From Isurus oxyrinchus (Eukaryota): DNA of 64,000 nucleotides. Position 1 is the first letter of the stretch, and every line of letters starts with the position of its first letter. The notes below the pieces were generated by a model, which was not told where the DNA came from, made no database searches, and saw only the letters and a program-made list of their open reading frames with translations. This document shows, piece by piece, positions 1 to 11,320 of the stretch. The stretch covers positions 558,001-622,000 of the forward strand of contig JANJGN010000301.1 of NCBI GenBank assembly GCA_026770705.1, written 5' to 3'. A program made the translations under genes and the position numbers.

Positions 1-132
1 AAATGTGGATGTGGGTTTTAGTTGGAATATATTTGGATATGTTTATAGTTATAGTTTAATTTCAAGTTGTTTGGTTACTTAATGATCACAATTCACAGAG
101 TCTAACTTGTTCAATCGGCCATTCTTTCCCAG

Positions 133-432
133 TGACACCGTCTTCGCCCACTCTCTACAGCCTGGTCTCCTCCTGTCAGCAACAAAACACCGACGGCTCC
201 GTCACCTATGGCTGTTTGGCGATGGACTACTCCCCAGAAATCACAAGCTTGACCTGGAAGAAAGATGGGCAGCAGATTACCACTGGATTTAAGACATACC
301 CGTCAGTGAGAAACCAGAAGGGAACCTACACCCTGAGCAGCCAATTAACCATCACCGAGTCAGAGGGAGAATGCAGCAAAATCAAGTGTGAGGTTCGACA
401 CAGCGTCTCAGACAAGAGCGTTGAAATGCAAT
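133..432 (+). CDS. IGHM: IgM heavy chain Cmu1 exon (shark-type)
   Basis: Acceptor ttctttcccAG (131-132), donor GTAAGT at 433, 300 nt, phase 1-1. C1-set Ig domain [14 protein letters not shown]...[10 protein letters not shown]...TWKK...YTLSSQL...CEVRH. Confidence 0.96.
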
Positions 433-646
433 GTAAGTGTTGGGGAACGTGTGAGAAACAGAAAGGCTGTGATTGACCTGTATAGGGCCTTGGTTATAAC
501 ACATTAATAGTGCTCTGCATAGTTCTGATCCCTGGAAATTCCAGGTTAGTGTCCATTGACTGCAAAGAACCTGTTAAAATATAAGAACTCATTGTATCTG
601 TTATCAATTTCTTCTGCAAGAAATGGCTAACCTGTGTTTTTTGAAG

Positions 647-961
647 GTCCTCCTGACATCTTACATCCAACTGTTCTCCTCACCGTGAGCTCCAAGGAAG
701 AAATCACAACGAACAAATTTGCAACCGCCGTCTGTTCAATCATCGATTTCCGTCCGAAGCCAATCACCGTGAAGTGGCTGAAAAATGGACAACCCATGAG
801 TTCAGGAATTATCACCCCTCCCGCCTTTGAAATGAACGGGAACTTCTCGGCGACCAGTCGGCTGAAAGTCTCCGCTGGGGAATGGTTCAGCGACGCAGTG
901 TATACCTGTCAGGTCACTCACCAAGGGGTCACCCAAAGTCGAAACGCCACCAAGTGTGAGG
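647..961 (+). CDS. IGHM: IgM Cmu2 exon
   Basis: Acceptor AG 645-646, donor GTAAG at 962, 315 nt. [40 protein letters not shown]. Confidence 0.96.
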
Positions 962-1577
962 GTAAGAAATACAAACCGTGGAAGCAATAGAGCATTCTGC
1001 ACTCCAATGTTAATCAAATCAGGAATTTATTGGAGTTAGTAGAAAGCACAGAACAACTTCTAATTTACTATCATATAGTTGGTGTTTCATTCCAATGTAA
1101 GTGCTGCATTCGGATTATTCACCATTCAGGATTTGATCACATCACGTCTCTGCATTGACGTCATAGAGTGAGTGAGGTGGACTTGATATCAGCTTTGCCT
1201 TGAGTCAGCTGATCATATTTGGAGAGGCAGAAGGTGTCTGGAACCCTTCACTGGTAACAGCTTCGAGATAGAGTGTTGGAAAGTGCTATTTATAAAACAG
1301 CTTTCAGTCCTGCATTCCAGGGCCCATGAATGATACATTTGTATTGGGACTGGGGCAACGCAGATTCATGAGAATGTTACCGGGGCTGAACGACTTAAAT
1401 TTTGAGAACAATGTACACAGACCAAGCTGGTTTTCCATTGTGTAAAGAAGATTAAAAACAATAGTTAGAGGTTGATATGTCCAAGGTGATTTATTCTCCT
1501 TCAGAGAGTGAAAGCTGAATACTGCTGTCCTGCTCCTGAAGGTGAAACTTTGGTTGATTTTCATTTCTGTCTCACAG

Positions 1578-1889
1578 GTGATCACCAATGCCACAACGAT
1601 CCCACAATTACTCTATTGCCACCTCCAATAGAACAAGTCTTACTGGAAGCGACCGTGACCTTAACCTGCATCGTTTCTAATGCTCCTTATGGAGTCCTCG
1701 TGTCCTGGACACAAGAGAAGAAGCCTTTGAAATCAGAAATCGCCGTCCAACCTGGAGAGGATCCCAACAGCGTGGTCAGCAACGTAAACATCTCGACACA
1801 AGCCTGGCTGAGTGGGGCTGAGTTCTACTGCGTGGTGAGCCATCAGGATCTGCCGACTCCTTTAAGAAGTTCCATCCACAAGGAACCAG
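1578..1889 (+). CDS. IGHM: IgM Cmu3 exon
   Basis: Acceptor ctcacAG 1576-1577, donor GTGAG at 1890, 312 nt. [42 protein letters not shown]. Confidence 0.96.
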
Positions 1890-2039
1890 GTGAGCGGTGA
1901 GATTGAAGCAATAAGTTGTTCGATGTGTCTATTTCCAGTGTAAGTGTAAGGATCAATATTTACTATTCATTGTATTCATGGTCTACTCTGATTAGCAATT
2001 TCGCCAACTAAACGCCCTGGGCCTGTGGACTTTCAGGGG

Positions 2040-2183
2040 GAAATTGATAAGTAGATGAATGAACAATGAATTGAAGGTTGTGCCATTGGGTTTAGATGAA
2101 GCAAGATGGGAGGAGCCTGGTGCGAAGCTAAAACACCAACATGGACCAGTTGGGCAGAATGGCCTGTTTCTGTGCTGTAAACT
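2040..2183 (+). mobile_element. Degenerate CR1-type LINE 3' tail in the Cmu3-Cmu4 intron
   Basis: Ends in ...tgggcagaatggcctgtttctgtgctgtaa, like the CR1 tails at 12300-12350 and 36000-36048. Confidence 0.55.
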
Positions 2184-2271
2184 TTGAGAAACTTTCTCGT
2201 CCAACCCCAGGGAAAAGGATTGTGCCACCTCTGCTCCGAGCTGGAAAGCCGGACAGATCCCAAAGTATTTT

Positions 2272-2470
2272 ATTTATTAATTCATGGGATGTGGGTGTCG
2301 CTGGCTGGGCCAGAGTTATTGCCCATCCCTAATTGCCCTTGACAAGGTGGTGGTGAGCTGCCTTCTTGAATCGCTGCAGTCCATGTGGTGTAGATACACC
2401 CACAGTGCTGTTGGGAGGGATTTCCAGGATTTTGATTCAGCTATAGTGAAGAATCGGTGATATATTTCCT
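2272..2470 (-). mobile_element. LINE 3' tail fragment (same family as 45415-46445)
   Basis: Reverse complement matches about 46255-46445 and 21715-21900. Confidence 0.8.
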
Positions 2471-2592
2471 AGAAGTGGATAATGAAAAACCTTAATATTC
2501 ATCACAAAACACGTTTCTCTCACATCTAACCAGCCGCTTCATTGTCTACGAAAGTATGCAGCTTATTGACATTTATTGTACATTTTCTGCAG

Positions 2593-2984
2593 TTAAAGAC
2601 CCAAGGGAACCGTCCGTGTCTGTCCTCCTGCCCTCGGCAGAAGATGTCTCCGCTCAGAGGTCCGTCTCCCTCAGCTGCTTAGTGAGAGGTTTCTCCCCCC
2701 GAGAGATCTTCGTCAAGTGGACCGTCAATGACAAGCCGGTGGCTCCCGGAAACTACAAGAACACCGAAGTAGTGGCAGAGAACGACAATCGCTCCTTCTT
2801 CATGTACAGCCTGTTATCCATTGCAGCAGAGGAGTGGGCCAGCGGCGCTTCTTACTCCTGTGTGGTGGGACATGAAGCGATCCCCTTGAAGATCATCAAC
2901 AGAACGGTTGATAAATCCAGCGGTAAACCGAGTTTTGTGAACATTTCCCTTGCACTGATGGACACCGTTAATTCATGTCAATGA
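2593..2984 (+). CDS. IGHM: IgM Cmu4 exon plus secretory tailpiece
   Basis: Acceptor AG 2591-2592. [28 protein letters not shown]. Internal donor G/GTAAA at 2923 for the membrane form. Tail [20 protein letters not shown] with N-I-S sequon and penultimate Cys. Confidence 0.97.
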
Positions 2985-3011
2985 GAATCTCTCGGTTACA
3001 TTTCAAACTAC

Positions 3012-3027
3012 AATAAAAAATAATAAA
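3012..3027 (+). terminator. Secretory-form polyadenylation signals (2x AATAAA)
   Basis: AATAAA at 3012-3017 and 3022-3027 just after the secretory stop, followed by GT/T-rich sequence. Confidence 0.8.
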
Positions 3028-3419
3028 GTCCTTTTCTCCAATCGTGATTTAAATACACAATCGTTTAATTAATGTTGTTTTCCACTTTTGATAATTTCAG
3101 ACGTGTTTTGCTAAAATCGGATACTCACAGGGCTCAGACCCAAGTCTTGTACATCCAGTGCTCCCAGCTCAGATACACTCTGGGTTAGAGACAGAGTAAA
3201 GTTCATTCATTACAGAATTCTGCAAAATAACTTCACCAGCTCTCCTCCCGCTGAGGAGAAATCTGACAATTTCTCATTTCTGATAAACAAACACAGCACA
3301 TTTAGATCTTGGTGTTCCTGCCTCTTTTGTCATCCATCCCTTTAAAATGGATGCCAGCTTTAAGCTTCTGCACCACACTGACTGGGAACTGAAGTGAGGG
3401 TCACACAGAAATATGTCCC

Positions 3420-3945
3420 AACAATCCCCCAGCAGAGAGAGGGGGAAGGGAAATTGTTACCCCACTGCACCTCCACCTCCCCAACAGAGAGAGGGGGAGT
3501 GGAAATTGCTAACCCACTGTACCCCGACTTCTCCAACAGAGAGAGGGGAGGGGAAATTGTTAACCCAATGTACCCCCACTTCTCCAACAGAGAGAGGGGA
3601 AGGGGACATTGTTAAACCACTGCACCTTCACTTCCACAACAACAGGTGGGGGGGGGGGGGGGATTATTTAACCACTGTACCCCCACTTTCCCAACAGAGA
3701 CAGGGGAAGGCAAACTGGTAACCCACTGTACCTCCACTTACCCGGCAGAGAAAACTGAAAGGAAAATTTTAAGCCAATTTTACCTCCACTTGCTAAACAA
3801 AAAGACGAGGAAGGTCATTGGTTAACCCGGTGTGTCTCCACCTTCTCAGCAGAGAGAACCGAAAGGGAAATTGCTTAGATAACCAGACAGAGCAAAACTA
3901 TTAACTCACTGGACCCTCAGGCCCCGAGCAGAGAATCTGGAAGAG
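3420..3945. repeat. Minisatellite, about 52-bp unit, decaying to the right
   Basis: Recurring acccactgtacccccacttctccaacagagagaggggaggggaaattgtta units, with a G15 run at 3648-3662. Confidence 0.85.
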
Positions 3946-4354
3946 AATGGGTCTCTACTATAAAGACTCAGTTACCAACAGTCGAAGTCAGCTTCTGGCT
4001 TACTGGCCACAGATTTTAAACTCCCATCATGCTTTGGATGTTGTAAAAACATCTATTTATGCAACATAACTTGAAGATGTTTTAACACTCTTGTCCCTGT
4101 TAAGCTTATGCTAAGATTGATTTCCCATCATCCAAATCTAAATTGGTGATTGAATCCTCCTTGGGTTGTTCAAGGTTCTGTCCCTGAATTTTTATGAGGC
4201 ACATGGTTGATTGTTTGCATTCGTTCATCTGGTATCACCTTGCATCTCACAGAAAACAGGTTTATACACAGAACATTGAAAATATTCACCAAATTTTTCA
4301 CCATCAAGTTCAGACTCGATCATTGGTACCTGGTGAAATTTGGAAAAATAGTAA

Positions 4355-5370
4355 AAATACACACAACTGATACAAATTGACAGACACAAACATGCGTACA
4401 CACACACATAGGCACAGACACACAGACACAAACACACACAGGTACAAGCAGACACATGTACACCCACACATGCGCACCCACACAAACACAGGCAGAAACA
4501 CATAGACAAATACACATGCACAAACACACACATTCACAAATACACACACACAATCACACACATACAGAAATACACACACAGACACACTCGCTCACACACA
4601 TATACACTATCACACACACACAAACAGATAAAACCAGACAAGCAGACTCATACAAGGATACAAAGCACAAATGTAACTTTTCGCATATGCATTATCACAC
4701 GTTCACAATGACAGAAATACAGACAGAAAGACACACACTATCGTACACATTAAAACAATGCATGGACATACATTAACACATGCACACACATGAGCAGACG
4801 ACACCCAGATACAAAAACACAGAGGAACCGACTAACACATTCACAGACACCCATGTGGACACAAACATGAACATACTCATACACACTAGAACACAAAAAA
4901 CACACGTTGGTACATATGAAAACATAAAAACGCATTGATACATAGTTCTAAATATCGATCAACACACAAATGCACACATTAAAATCTATATCTCTCTCTC
5001 GCTGTGTCATACACACACACACACACACATACACACACACAGACTCTGTGACACAGACTTTAATATGCTGACACACAGTGGAACACAAAAAGAAACATTA
5101 ACACTCATATTAGCAGGCAGGAATGCGTAAACACACATTAACACAGACGGTAATAAGTCAACATAGACATCATTACACAAACACGCACAATAACACACTC
5201 ATACATACACATTGGCAGAAAAACCAAATATACGTACAGACGCAGACACAAAAATACACAAATCAGTACTCATTGGCACATGAACACATACATTAACACC
5301 TATGGACACACAATCAACCAGTATTGCAAAGTGCGAGATACTCATGCAGACACACACAAAAGCTCAAGCA
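4355..5370. repeat. Degenerate (CA)n low-complexity tract
   Basis: About 1 kb of CA-rich sequence. Explains the spurious HT/CV-rich ORFs. Confidence 0.9.
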
Positions 5371-5913
5371 CAGAGGCCAGGCTATTGAATAAAGTATAAT
5401 TCAAATGTACTTTTTTAATGGGCATATCCTCCGGCAATTGTCTCTATTACATAATAACCCAATAAACACACTGAAACAATGCTCTTACTGAGAAACTGAT
5501 TTAAATTAATGATGCACCAAACATTCCCATATCACAAATAAACAAACAAGATGGGAACTCACGTCCGAGCTTTTAAAAAGCAATGTTCACGGTTTCCAAA
5601 TAAGTAGCTCAGTGAATCTTTCCCGATACCCATCATAATATTCTCCAATAATAGATCATACGAAATTGTTCGAAAATAACCTGATACTGGAGAAAATTTG
5701 CAATTTTTTCCGGCATGGACTGTACAAAGATTGTAAAGGGAGAACAGCTGTGGAGATAGTTACAGAGATGGGTTACTGGGTGTCCCTTAATAGTAGATAT
5801 ACATTGACCACTGAATACATTAATAACTTATAAAAGAGTAAAGGAATTTTTTTTAAATGATACCCTAGATTAATAAACAATCTAATTATATTTCCTCGGC
5901 TATATCCCCGTAG

Positions 5914-6041
5914 ATTCCACAGACCGCATCTGGATTGAAGACTCTGAGGATGATAACGGCAACATCTGGACAACCGCTTCCACATTCATCATCCTATTCT
6001 TCCTGAGCATTTTCTACAGCACTGCCGTCACTCTGGCGAAG
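5914..6041 (+). CDS. IGHM: IgM TM1 exon (not in ORF track)
   Basis: Acceptor ccgtAG 5912-5913, donor GTGAG at 6042. (D)STDRIWIEDSEDDNGNIWTTASTFIILFFLSIFYSTAVTLAK = acidic spacer plus antigen-receptor TM motif, in phase with the Cmu4 donor. Confidence 0.95.
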
Positions 6042-6179
6042 GTGAGAAGATTCAATCCACTCACACTTCAAACTGACAGAAGCGGTTTGAAAAATCTCTC
6101 AATGTTTCATTGATTAGAACTCTAACATAAATGTCCCAGATTATAAACATCTGCTTCATTATTTCATCCTCTTTTACAG

Positions 6180-6188
6180 ATCAAGTGA
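6180..6188 (+). CDS. IGHM: IgM TM2 exon (I-K-stop)
   Basis: Pyrimidine-rich acceptor cttttacAG 6178-6179, then ATC AAG TGA. Confidence 0.9.
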   Translation: MK

Positions 6189-6603
6189 CCGATTGAATTT
6201 TGGACACCGTAGATTTTCCTCAGCTCTTTATTGAGACCTCTGTATTCCGAATTTAAAATATATCCTCTCGGTGACTGTAAAAATGAAATACCTTCAGTTT
6301 ATGTTGCCGAATTTGTAACTGAGACAATTATGAACGGTATTTCCGTTTCTCTGTTTCAAATGTGCGAGATAATTATGATTCATTGCAACAGCAGCTTATA
6401 ATTTCCCAGTAGTTTGAATTCCCTGTGTAAATAAGTAACTTTTCTCATTCCTCATTCACAATTAATCCCTTCCCTTTATATTGAGCTCCTGTTTTCTCGT
6501 TCTGGTGTCTGTTACAGTTGTACACAAAGTTGGCAGCTCAGAGCGAATGTGCTCTGTTCTCAATGTGACTCTCAGTGATTATATTCACTTCAGTTAACTT
6601 TAA

Positions 6604-6645
6604 AATAAACTTTTCTGTAAAATGTTCCCTGAAATTGTTAATAAA
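6604..6645 (+). terminator. Membrane-form polyadenylation signals
   Basis: AATAAA at 6604-6609 and 6640-6645, about 420 nt after the TM2 stop. Confidence 0.6.
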
Positions 6646-6779
6646 TCATGAATGTGAAACGAACTGACTTTGCTGAACTCCTTTATCTCAGACCCATCGA
6701 CATCGCTCCATTTTCCCTATTACACTGTTTTCCCCCCCTTTCCCAGGCAGGCATTTTTAACCAGACTTGTCTGGGATCT

Positions 6780-6882
6780 GAAACAAAAACAGAAAATGTT
6801 GGAAAAACTCAGCAGGTCTCACAGCATCTGTGGAGACAAAAAACTGAGTTTCCGTTTCGAGTCCTCATGACTTCTTCAGAGC
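6780..6882 (-). mobile_element. Penelope-like element terminal fragment
   Basis: Matches the terminus attached to the GIY-YIG elements at 8868 and 62490-62587. Confidence 0.7.
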
Positions 6883-7196
6883 CCGAGATCCTTCAGTGAA
6901 AGAGTCACCGCGCCACCCAGCGACCCATTGCTGTTAATACACCTTTACCTCTGCCTTTTTATGGCAAATTCCAGAGGCAAAATGATTGCACGGCGAGGAG
7001 AATCTCGGTGATTTCACTCATACTCAGGCCTCTCACAGTCACATGTCAGGTAATTGTAAACAGCAGGGGCTGTTCATCAGAGGCCCATACAGGACAGTAT
7101 ATGGAGGATGAAAGTTTCCTTTACACTGTCCCATTAATCACTCCCAGCGTCGGTGCAGCAGGGTTTAGATAGAGAGAAAAAGTTTTGTTTTTCCCT

Positions 7197-7525
7197 CTTT
7201 ATCCTTTCATGAGATACGGGTGTGGCTGGCAAGGCTGCTCTGAACAGTCCGCCTTCCGAGGCCATTTCAGAGGGCAGTTAACTGTCAACCGCATTGCCGT
7301 GGACCTGGAATCACATGTTGGTCAGGCCAGATGAAGATGACAGATTTCCTCCCCGAAAGGACTTGAGTGCAGCAGATGGGTTTTTACGACAATCGGTGAT
7401 AGTTGTCATGGTCACCATCACTGAGGCCAGTTTTCAATTCCAGATTTTATTAATTGAACTCACATTCCAGCAGCTGCCATGTTGGGATTTGAACCCCAGC
7501 CCCGAGAGCATTCGCCTGGACTCTC
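7197..7525 (-). mobile_element. tRNA-derived SINE with LINE-derived tail
   Basis: Reverse complement has B-box GGTTCAAATCC, a body homologous to 21915-22098 and 23422-23738, and the LINE-type tail. Confidence 0.75.
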
Positions 7526-7851
7526 TCTACCTTGTCCAATTAAACACTCACAAGGCAGAACGTCACAGGCCGCCTTCTCAAGTCTATTAGGGATGGGCAA
7601 TAAATGCTGGCCCAGACAGCCACACCCACATCGCATAAACGAATAACAAAAAAATACATATATACTACAGACGGTACAGTTGATACAAACCATTGGATGA
7701 TTCCTAGAGACTAGGGCCGATCTGACACAGAAACATTATCGAAGAGTAATTCTGCAAAATTATTACTACAGTTTGGGGCTTATCAGGGACACCAGGGAGC
7801 ACAAATCGTGGAAATTCCCAGGCCCTGCGGCCTGCCCGACGCAACAAACAA

Positions 7852-8233
7852 ATGAACTCACGAAGCATCGCCCCAGGGATCCTCTCTTCCTGTTCCATTC
7901 CATCTGACACCATTCTCCTGGACTCACTGAGCATCACCCCAGGGATCCTCTCTCCCTGCTCCATTCCCTCTGATACCATCCTCCTGAACTCACTGAACAT
8001 CGCCCCAGGGATCCTCTCTCCCGGCTTCATTCTCTCTGATACCATCCTCCTGAACATCGCCCCAGGGGTCCTCTCTCCCAGCTCCATTCCCTCTGATACC
8101 ATCCTCCTGAACTCACTGAACATCACCCCAGGGATCCTCTCTCCCGGCTCCATTCCCTCTGATACCATCCTCCTGAACTCGCTGAACTTCGCCCCAGGGA
8201 TCCTCCCTTCCTGCTCCATTCCCTCTGATACCA
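7852..8233. repeat. 66-bp tandem repeat, about 6 copies (one 57-bp unit)
   Basis: Unit ctgaactcactgaacatcaccccagggatcctctctcccggctccattccctctgataccatcctc starting at about 7852, 7918, 7984, 8050, 8107 and 8173. Confidence 0.95.
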
Positions 8234-8357
8234 GCTCTGATGGGAAGCTTCAACTCTCACTCCACTGATTCTGACAGAGGCTGTTATGCATTTTCAGTTT
8301 TAAACCAATAAAAAGAACTCTCTGTTTAAGCAGTGTGACATGAGCAAAGAACCCTCA

Positions 8358-8429
8358 TTCCCAAACCAGAAAGGTAATCCGGGCCGCAGCGTTGAAAGGG
8401 CTGAATTCTAACCACATGGTCACCAGGGA
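8358..8429 (-). pseudogene. tRNA-Glu(TTC) pseudogene
   Basis: 72 nt, collinear with vertebrate tRNA-Glu (TCCCTGGTG..GTGGTTAGAATTCAGCCCTTTCAACGCTGCGGCCCGG..GGGAA). T-loop/B-box destroyed. Confidence 0.8.
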
Positions 8430-8867
8430 CATTATCCTTGTGTTTTGATAAATGATACTTTTGCCTTTTATTTTCATTTCAGACTGCTTTATCCAGAGAC
8501 AAAATTGCCTATTCAGGTAACTAAACAACCATTGCCATTGGCTGGAACATGAAATTGACAGTGTGGTGAAATAGTGCCAAAAGCGGTGAATTGCAAAATT
8601 CAATTTTCAAAACCCACCAATCTAATCACTGCAGCTCCTGTGCAACTTGCAAGGCAACACACGACAGACATTCATCACTGTAAGTAATTGACCGACATAA
8701 AAGTTTTCCACTTTCATGTTACATCTTCTAACTCCTAACCTCCACCTCAGTCATTTCCAGTTCTATTTAATACCCACGTGGAACTTTAACTCTGCTCCTC
8801 GTTCCACAGATTTTGGCCGACTTGCTATGCATTTTATATTATAATAAAGCCAGGAATTTGTGCTCTA

Positions 8868-9765
8868 ATAAAAACAGAGGTGCTGAAGTTCCCAGCAGGT
8901 CTGGCAGCATCTGTGGAGACAGAAACATGTTGAATGTTTTCAGGCCATATGGCTCTTCTTCAGAACTGAAGGGAGATAGAAATGTGATGGATTTTATGCT
9001 ACTGACGGGGCGGGGTGGGGGTGGGGGTTGGGGGGGGCGGTTTAGAAAATGGAGCAAAAATGTTCAGGGATAGGTTGGAGATCTGGAGAGATTAAATGAC
9101 AAAGATATCATGGAACACAAGTCAAAGGCAAAGGGAATGATATTATTAGTTATGAAAGCAGGTGTTAATATTTAGACAAAGGTCAGCACTGACTGGAAGC
9201 AAAATAGCAGAATGTGTTAATAGCAGAAAAAGGGTCGGCGCTGTCTGAAAGCAAAACATGAGAACAAGATGCAAACTGGCACTTGGGGGTTGGGAGGCTG
9301 CAGGGAAATTAAAATGGAGGATGGAGTTCATGGTGTGAATCTGTTGACCTCAATGTTGAGTCCAGAAGGCTGTAGAGTGCCTATTGAGAAGATGAGGTGC
9401 TGTTCCTCCAGTTTGCATTGAGCTTCACTGGAACATTGTAGAAAGCTGAGGACAGAAATGTGAGTGTGAGCCAGATGGTGACGGGCAGGTCTGGGTTATG
9501 CTTGTGGACTGAGTGAAAGTGTTCCACAAAGCGGACAGTCAGTCTGTGTTTACTCTCCCCAGTGTAGAGGAGACCACCTTGAGGGCAGTGAATGCAGCAG
9601 CCTGAATTGCATGAAGTGCAAATAAATCTCTGCTTCATCTGGAAGGAGAGTTTGGGATCTTGGAGGGAGGCGGGAGGAGGTAAAGGGGCAGGTGTTACAC
9701 CTCCTGCAATTGCATGGGAAGGTGCCGTGGGAAGGGGATGAGATGTTGGGGGTGATAGTGTTTTT
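8868..9765 (-). mobile_element. Penelope-like element 3' part (degenerate GIY-YIG endonuclease plus terminus)
   Basis: FPCNCRRCNTCPF and QRFICTS..CIHCPQGGLLYTGESKHRL..RFVEH, with frameshifts. Homologous to 61768-62587. Confidence 0.85.
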
Positions 9766-9806
9766 TGGATCAGAAATTGGTTTCTGGTTGTGATATTTTG
9801 CACAAC

Positions 9807-9871
9807 AGCGAGACCGGGAATCAAACCTGGGCGATGAAAGCACCGAATCCTAACCACCAGGTCACCAGGGT
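9807..9871 (-). pseudogene. tRNA-Glu(TTC) pseudogene
   Basis: Reverse complement ACCCTGGTGACCTGGTGGTTAGGATTCGGTGCTTTCATCGCCCAGGTTTGATTCCCGGTC. Deletion in the variable region and disrupted acceptor stem. Confidence 0.85.
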
Positions 9872-9888
9872 GCTTGTGAATCATCCTG

Positions 9889-9944
9889 TTTAGAGAATTC
9901 AGCTGTCAACCAGAACATTGGTGGTTTGACACCATCTAGGGCCA
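9889..9944 (+). pseudogene. tRNA-Asn-derived 3' fragment
   Basis: TTCAGCTGTCAACCAGAACATTGGTGGTTTGACACCATCTAGGG aligns to the 3' part of the tRNA-Asn copy at 14252-14329. Confidence 0.6.
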
Positions 9945-10174
9945 GTAGATGCTCTCTATTCCTGCTTCTACTTATATTACAGACACAGTTCTGCTTTTAG
10001 TCTTTTGGTTACAAGGAAATGTTGCCCTAACTTTTCCAGCCCTGCTGTTATCCAGTAAGTTCCCAGGCAAATAGTTCTATGAATTTTTATTTCAAAGAAA
10101 ATTAGATAAATTAGAGCAAACATGTGCATAACATCCAACTCGTTGGGTTCAAAGCAACAAATATAAATTGATAC

Positions 10175-10266
10175 AGAAACAAAAATAGCTGGAAAAACTC
10201 AGCGGGTCTGACAGCACCTGCGGAGAGGAACACAGTTGACGTTTCGAGTCCGGATGACTCTTTGAA
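10175..10266 (-). mobile_element. Penelope-like element terminal fragment
   Basis: Same terminus as 47905-48006. Confidence 0.7.
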
Positions 10267-10440
10267 TAGACTCTCAAATAGAAATTGATTCTGTGATTGC
10301 ACATATAGAACTGGAACAGACCATCGCACCGAGTGAATCCATTGTCTGTTTACATGTTGCTCAGTGAAAATCTCAATCATCCTTGACTTTGTGGCATTCG
10401 GGTACTGAAACGGTAAGCAGTCTATACTCAAAAGGCATGT

Positions 10441-11060
10441 GAACATACGAATTAGGAGCAGGATTAGGCCACTCGGCCCTTCAAGCCTGTTCAGCCATTT
10501 AATAAGATCATGGCTGATCTGTTTCTAACTTCCGACCAATCCCCATGAATCTTTCAGCCTCTTGTTAAATATACCTATCTCTGCCTTAAAAAGATTCAAA
10601 GACTCTGCTTCCACTTACGACACTCTGAGAGAAAAAGAATTCTCTCATCTCTGTCTTAAATGAGCGAACCCCAATTTTTAAACAGTGACACCTATTTCCA
10701 GATTCTCCCACAAGAGGAAAGATCCTCTTCACACCCACCCTGTCAAAACCCCTCAGAATCTGAAAGATTTCGATCAAGTCACCTCTTAGCTTTCTAAATT
10801 CCAGCAGATACAGGCCTAGCCTGTCCACCCTTTCCTCATGAGACAGCCCGCCTATCCTTGATATTAGTCCAGTAAGCATTCCCTGAATGACTTCTAATGC
10901 ATTTACATCTTTCCTTAAATAAGGAGGCCAACACTCTCCACAGTACTCCAGATATGGTCATACCGGTGTCCTGTACAACTGAACTATAACCTCCTTACTT
11001 CAATTCCCCTCACAGTGAATGATAACGTTCAATCAGCTTTCCTAATTACTTGTTGTGCCT
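10441..11060 (-). mobile_element. CR1 LINE 3' fragment
   Basis: LSHEERVDRLGLYLLEFRKLRGDLIEIFQIL (CR1 ORF2 C-terminus) plus 3' tail. Confidence 0.9.
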
Positions 11061-11249
11061 AAATAGTTCCACTTATTTATCAAATTTTTTCAGACCTCCT
11101 GAATAGCTATGCACATGTGGAAATTATTCTCTCATGTTCCATCCCTGTTACCCTGACATGTCTAAATCTCTTCACAGCCGATATACTCCTCTGTATCCTC
11201 CTCACAGCTTACATTTGCATCGTTTTCATCAACTAATTTTTGTCTACAT

Positions 11250-11320
11250 GCACCAGCGAGGGTCGAACTCAGCACCCGATTTGGTAAATCCACTGTTTTA
11301 ACCACTGGGTTGCCCCAACG
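11250..11320 (-). pseudogene. Highly degenerate tRNA-like relic, isotype unassigned
   Basis: Reverse complement has A-box-like CAGTGGTTAA and B-box GAGTTCGACC at tRNA spacing. The nearby flank is homologous to that of the tRNA-Leu relic. Confidence 0.45.

Noticed and set aside
3420-3945. Ig class-switch region
   Set aside because: Lies 3' of Cmu4, lacks dense AGCT motifs, and no downstream C gene is present.
4225-5198. Cys/Val- and His/Thr-rich ORFs
   Set aside because: Translations of the (CA)n tract.
7704-8268. Repetitive 171-aa and 138-aa ORFs, CRISPR-like periodicity
   Set aside because: Head-to-tail 66-bp repeat with no unique spacers, in eukaryotic DNA. The open frames follow from the unit length.
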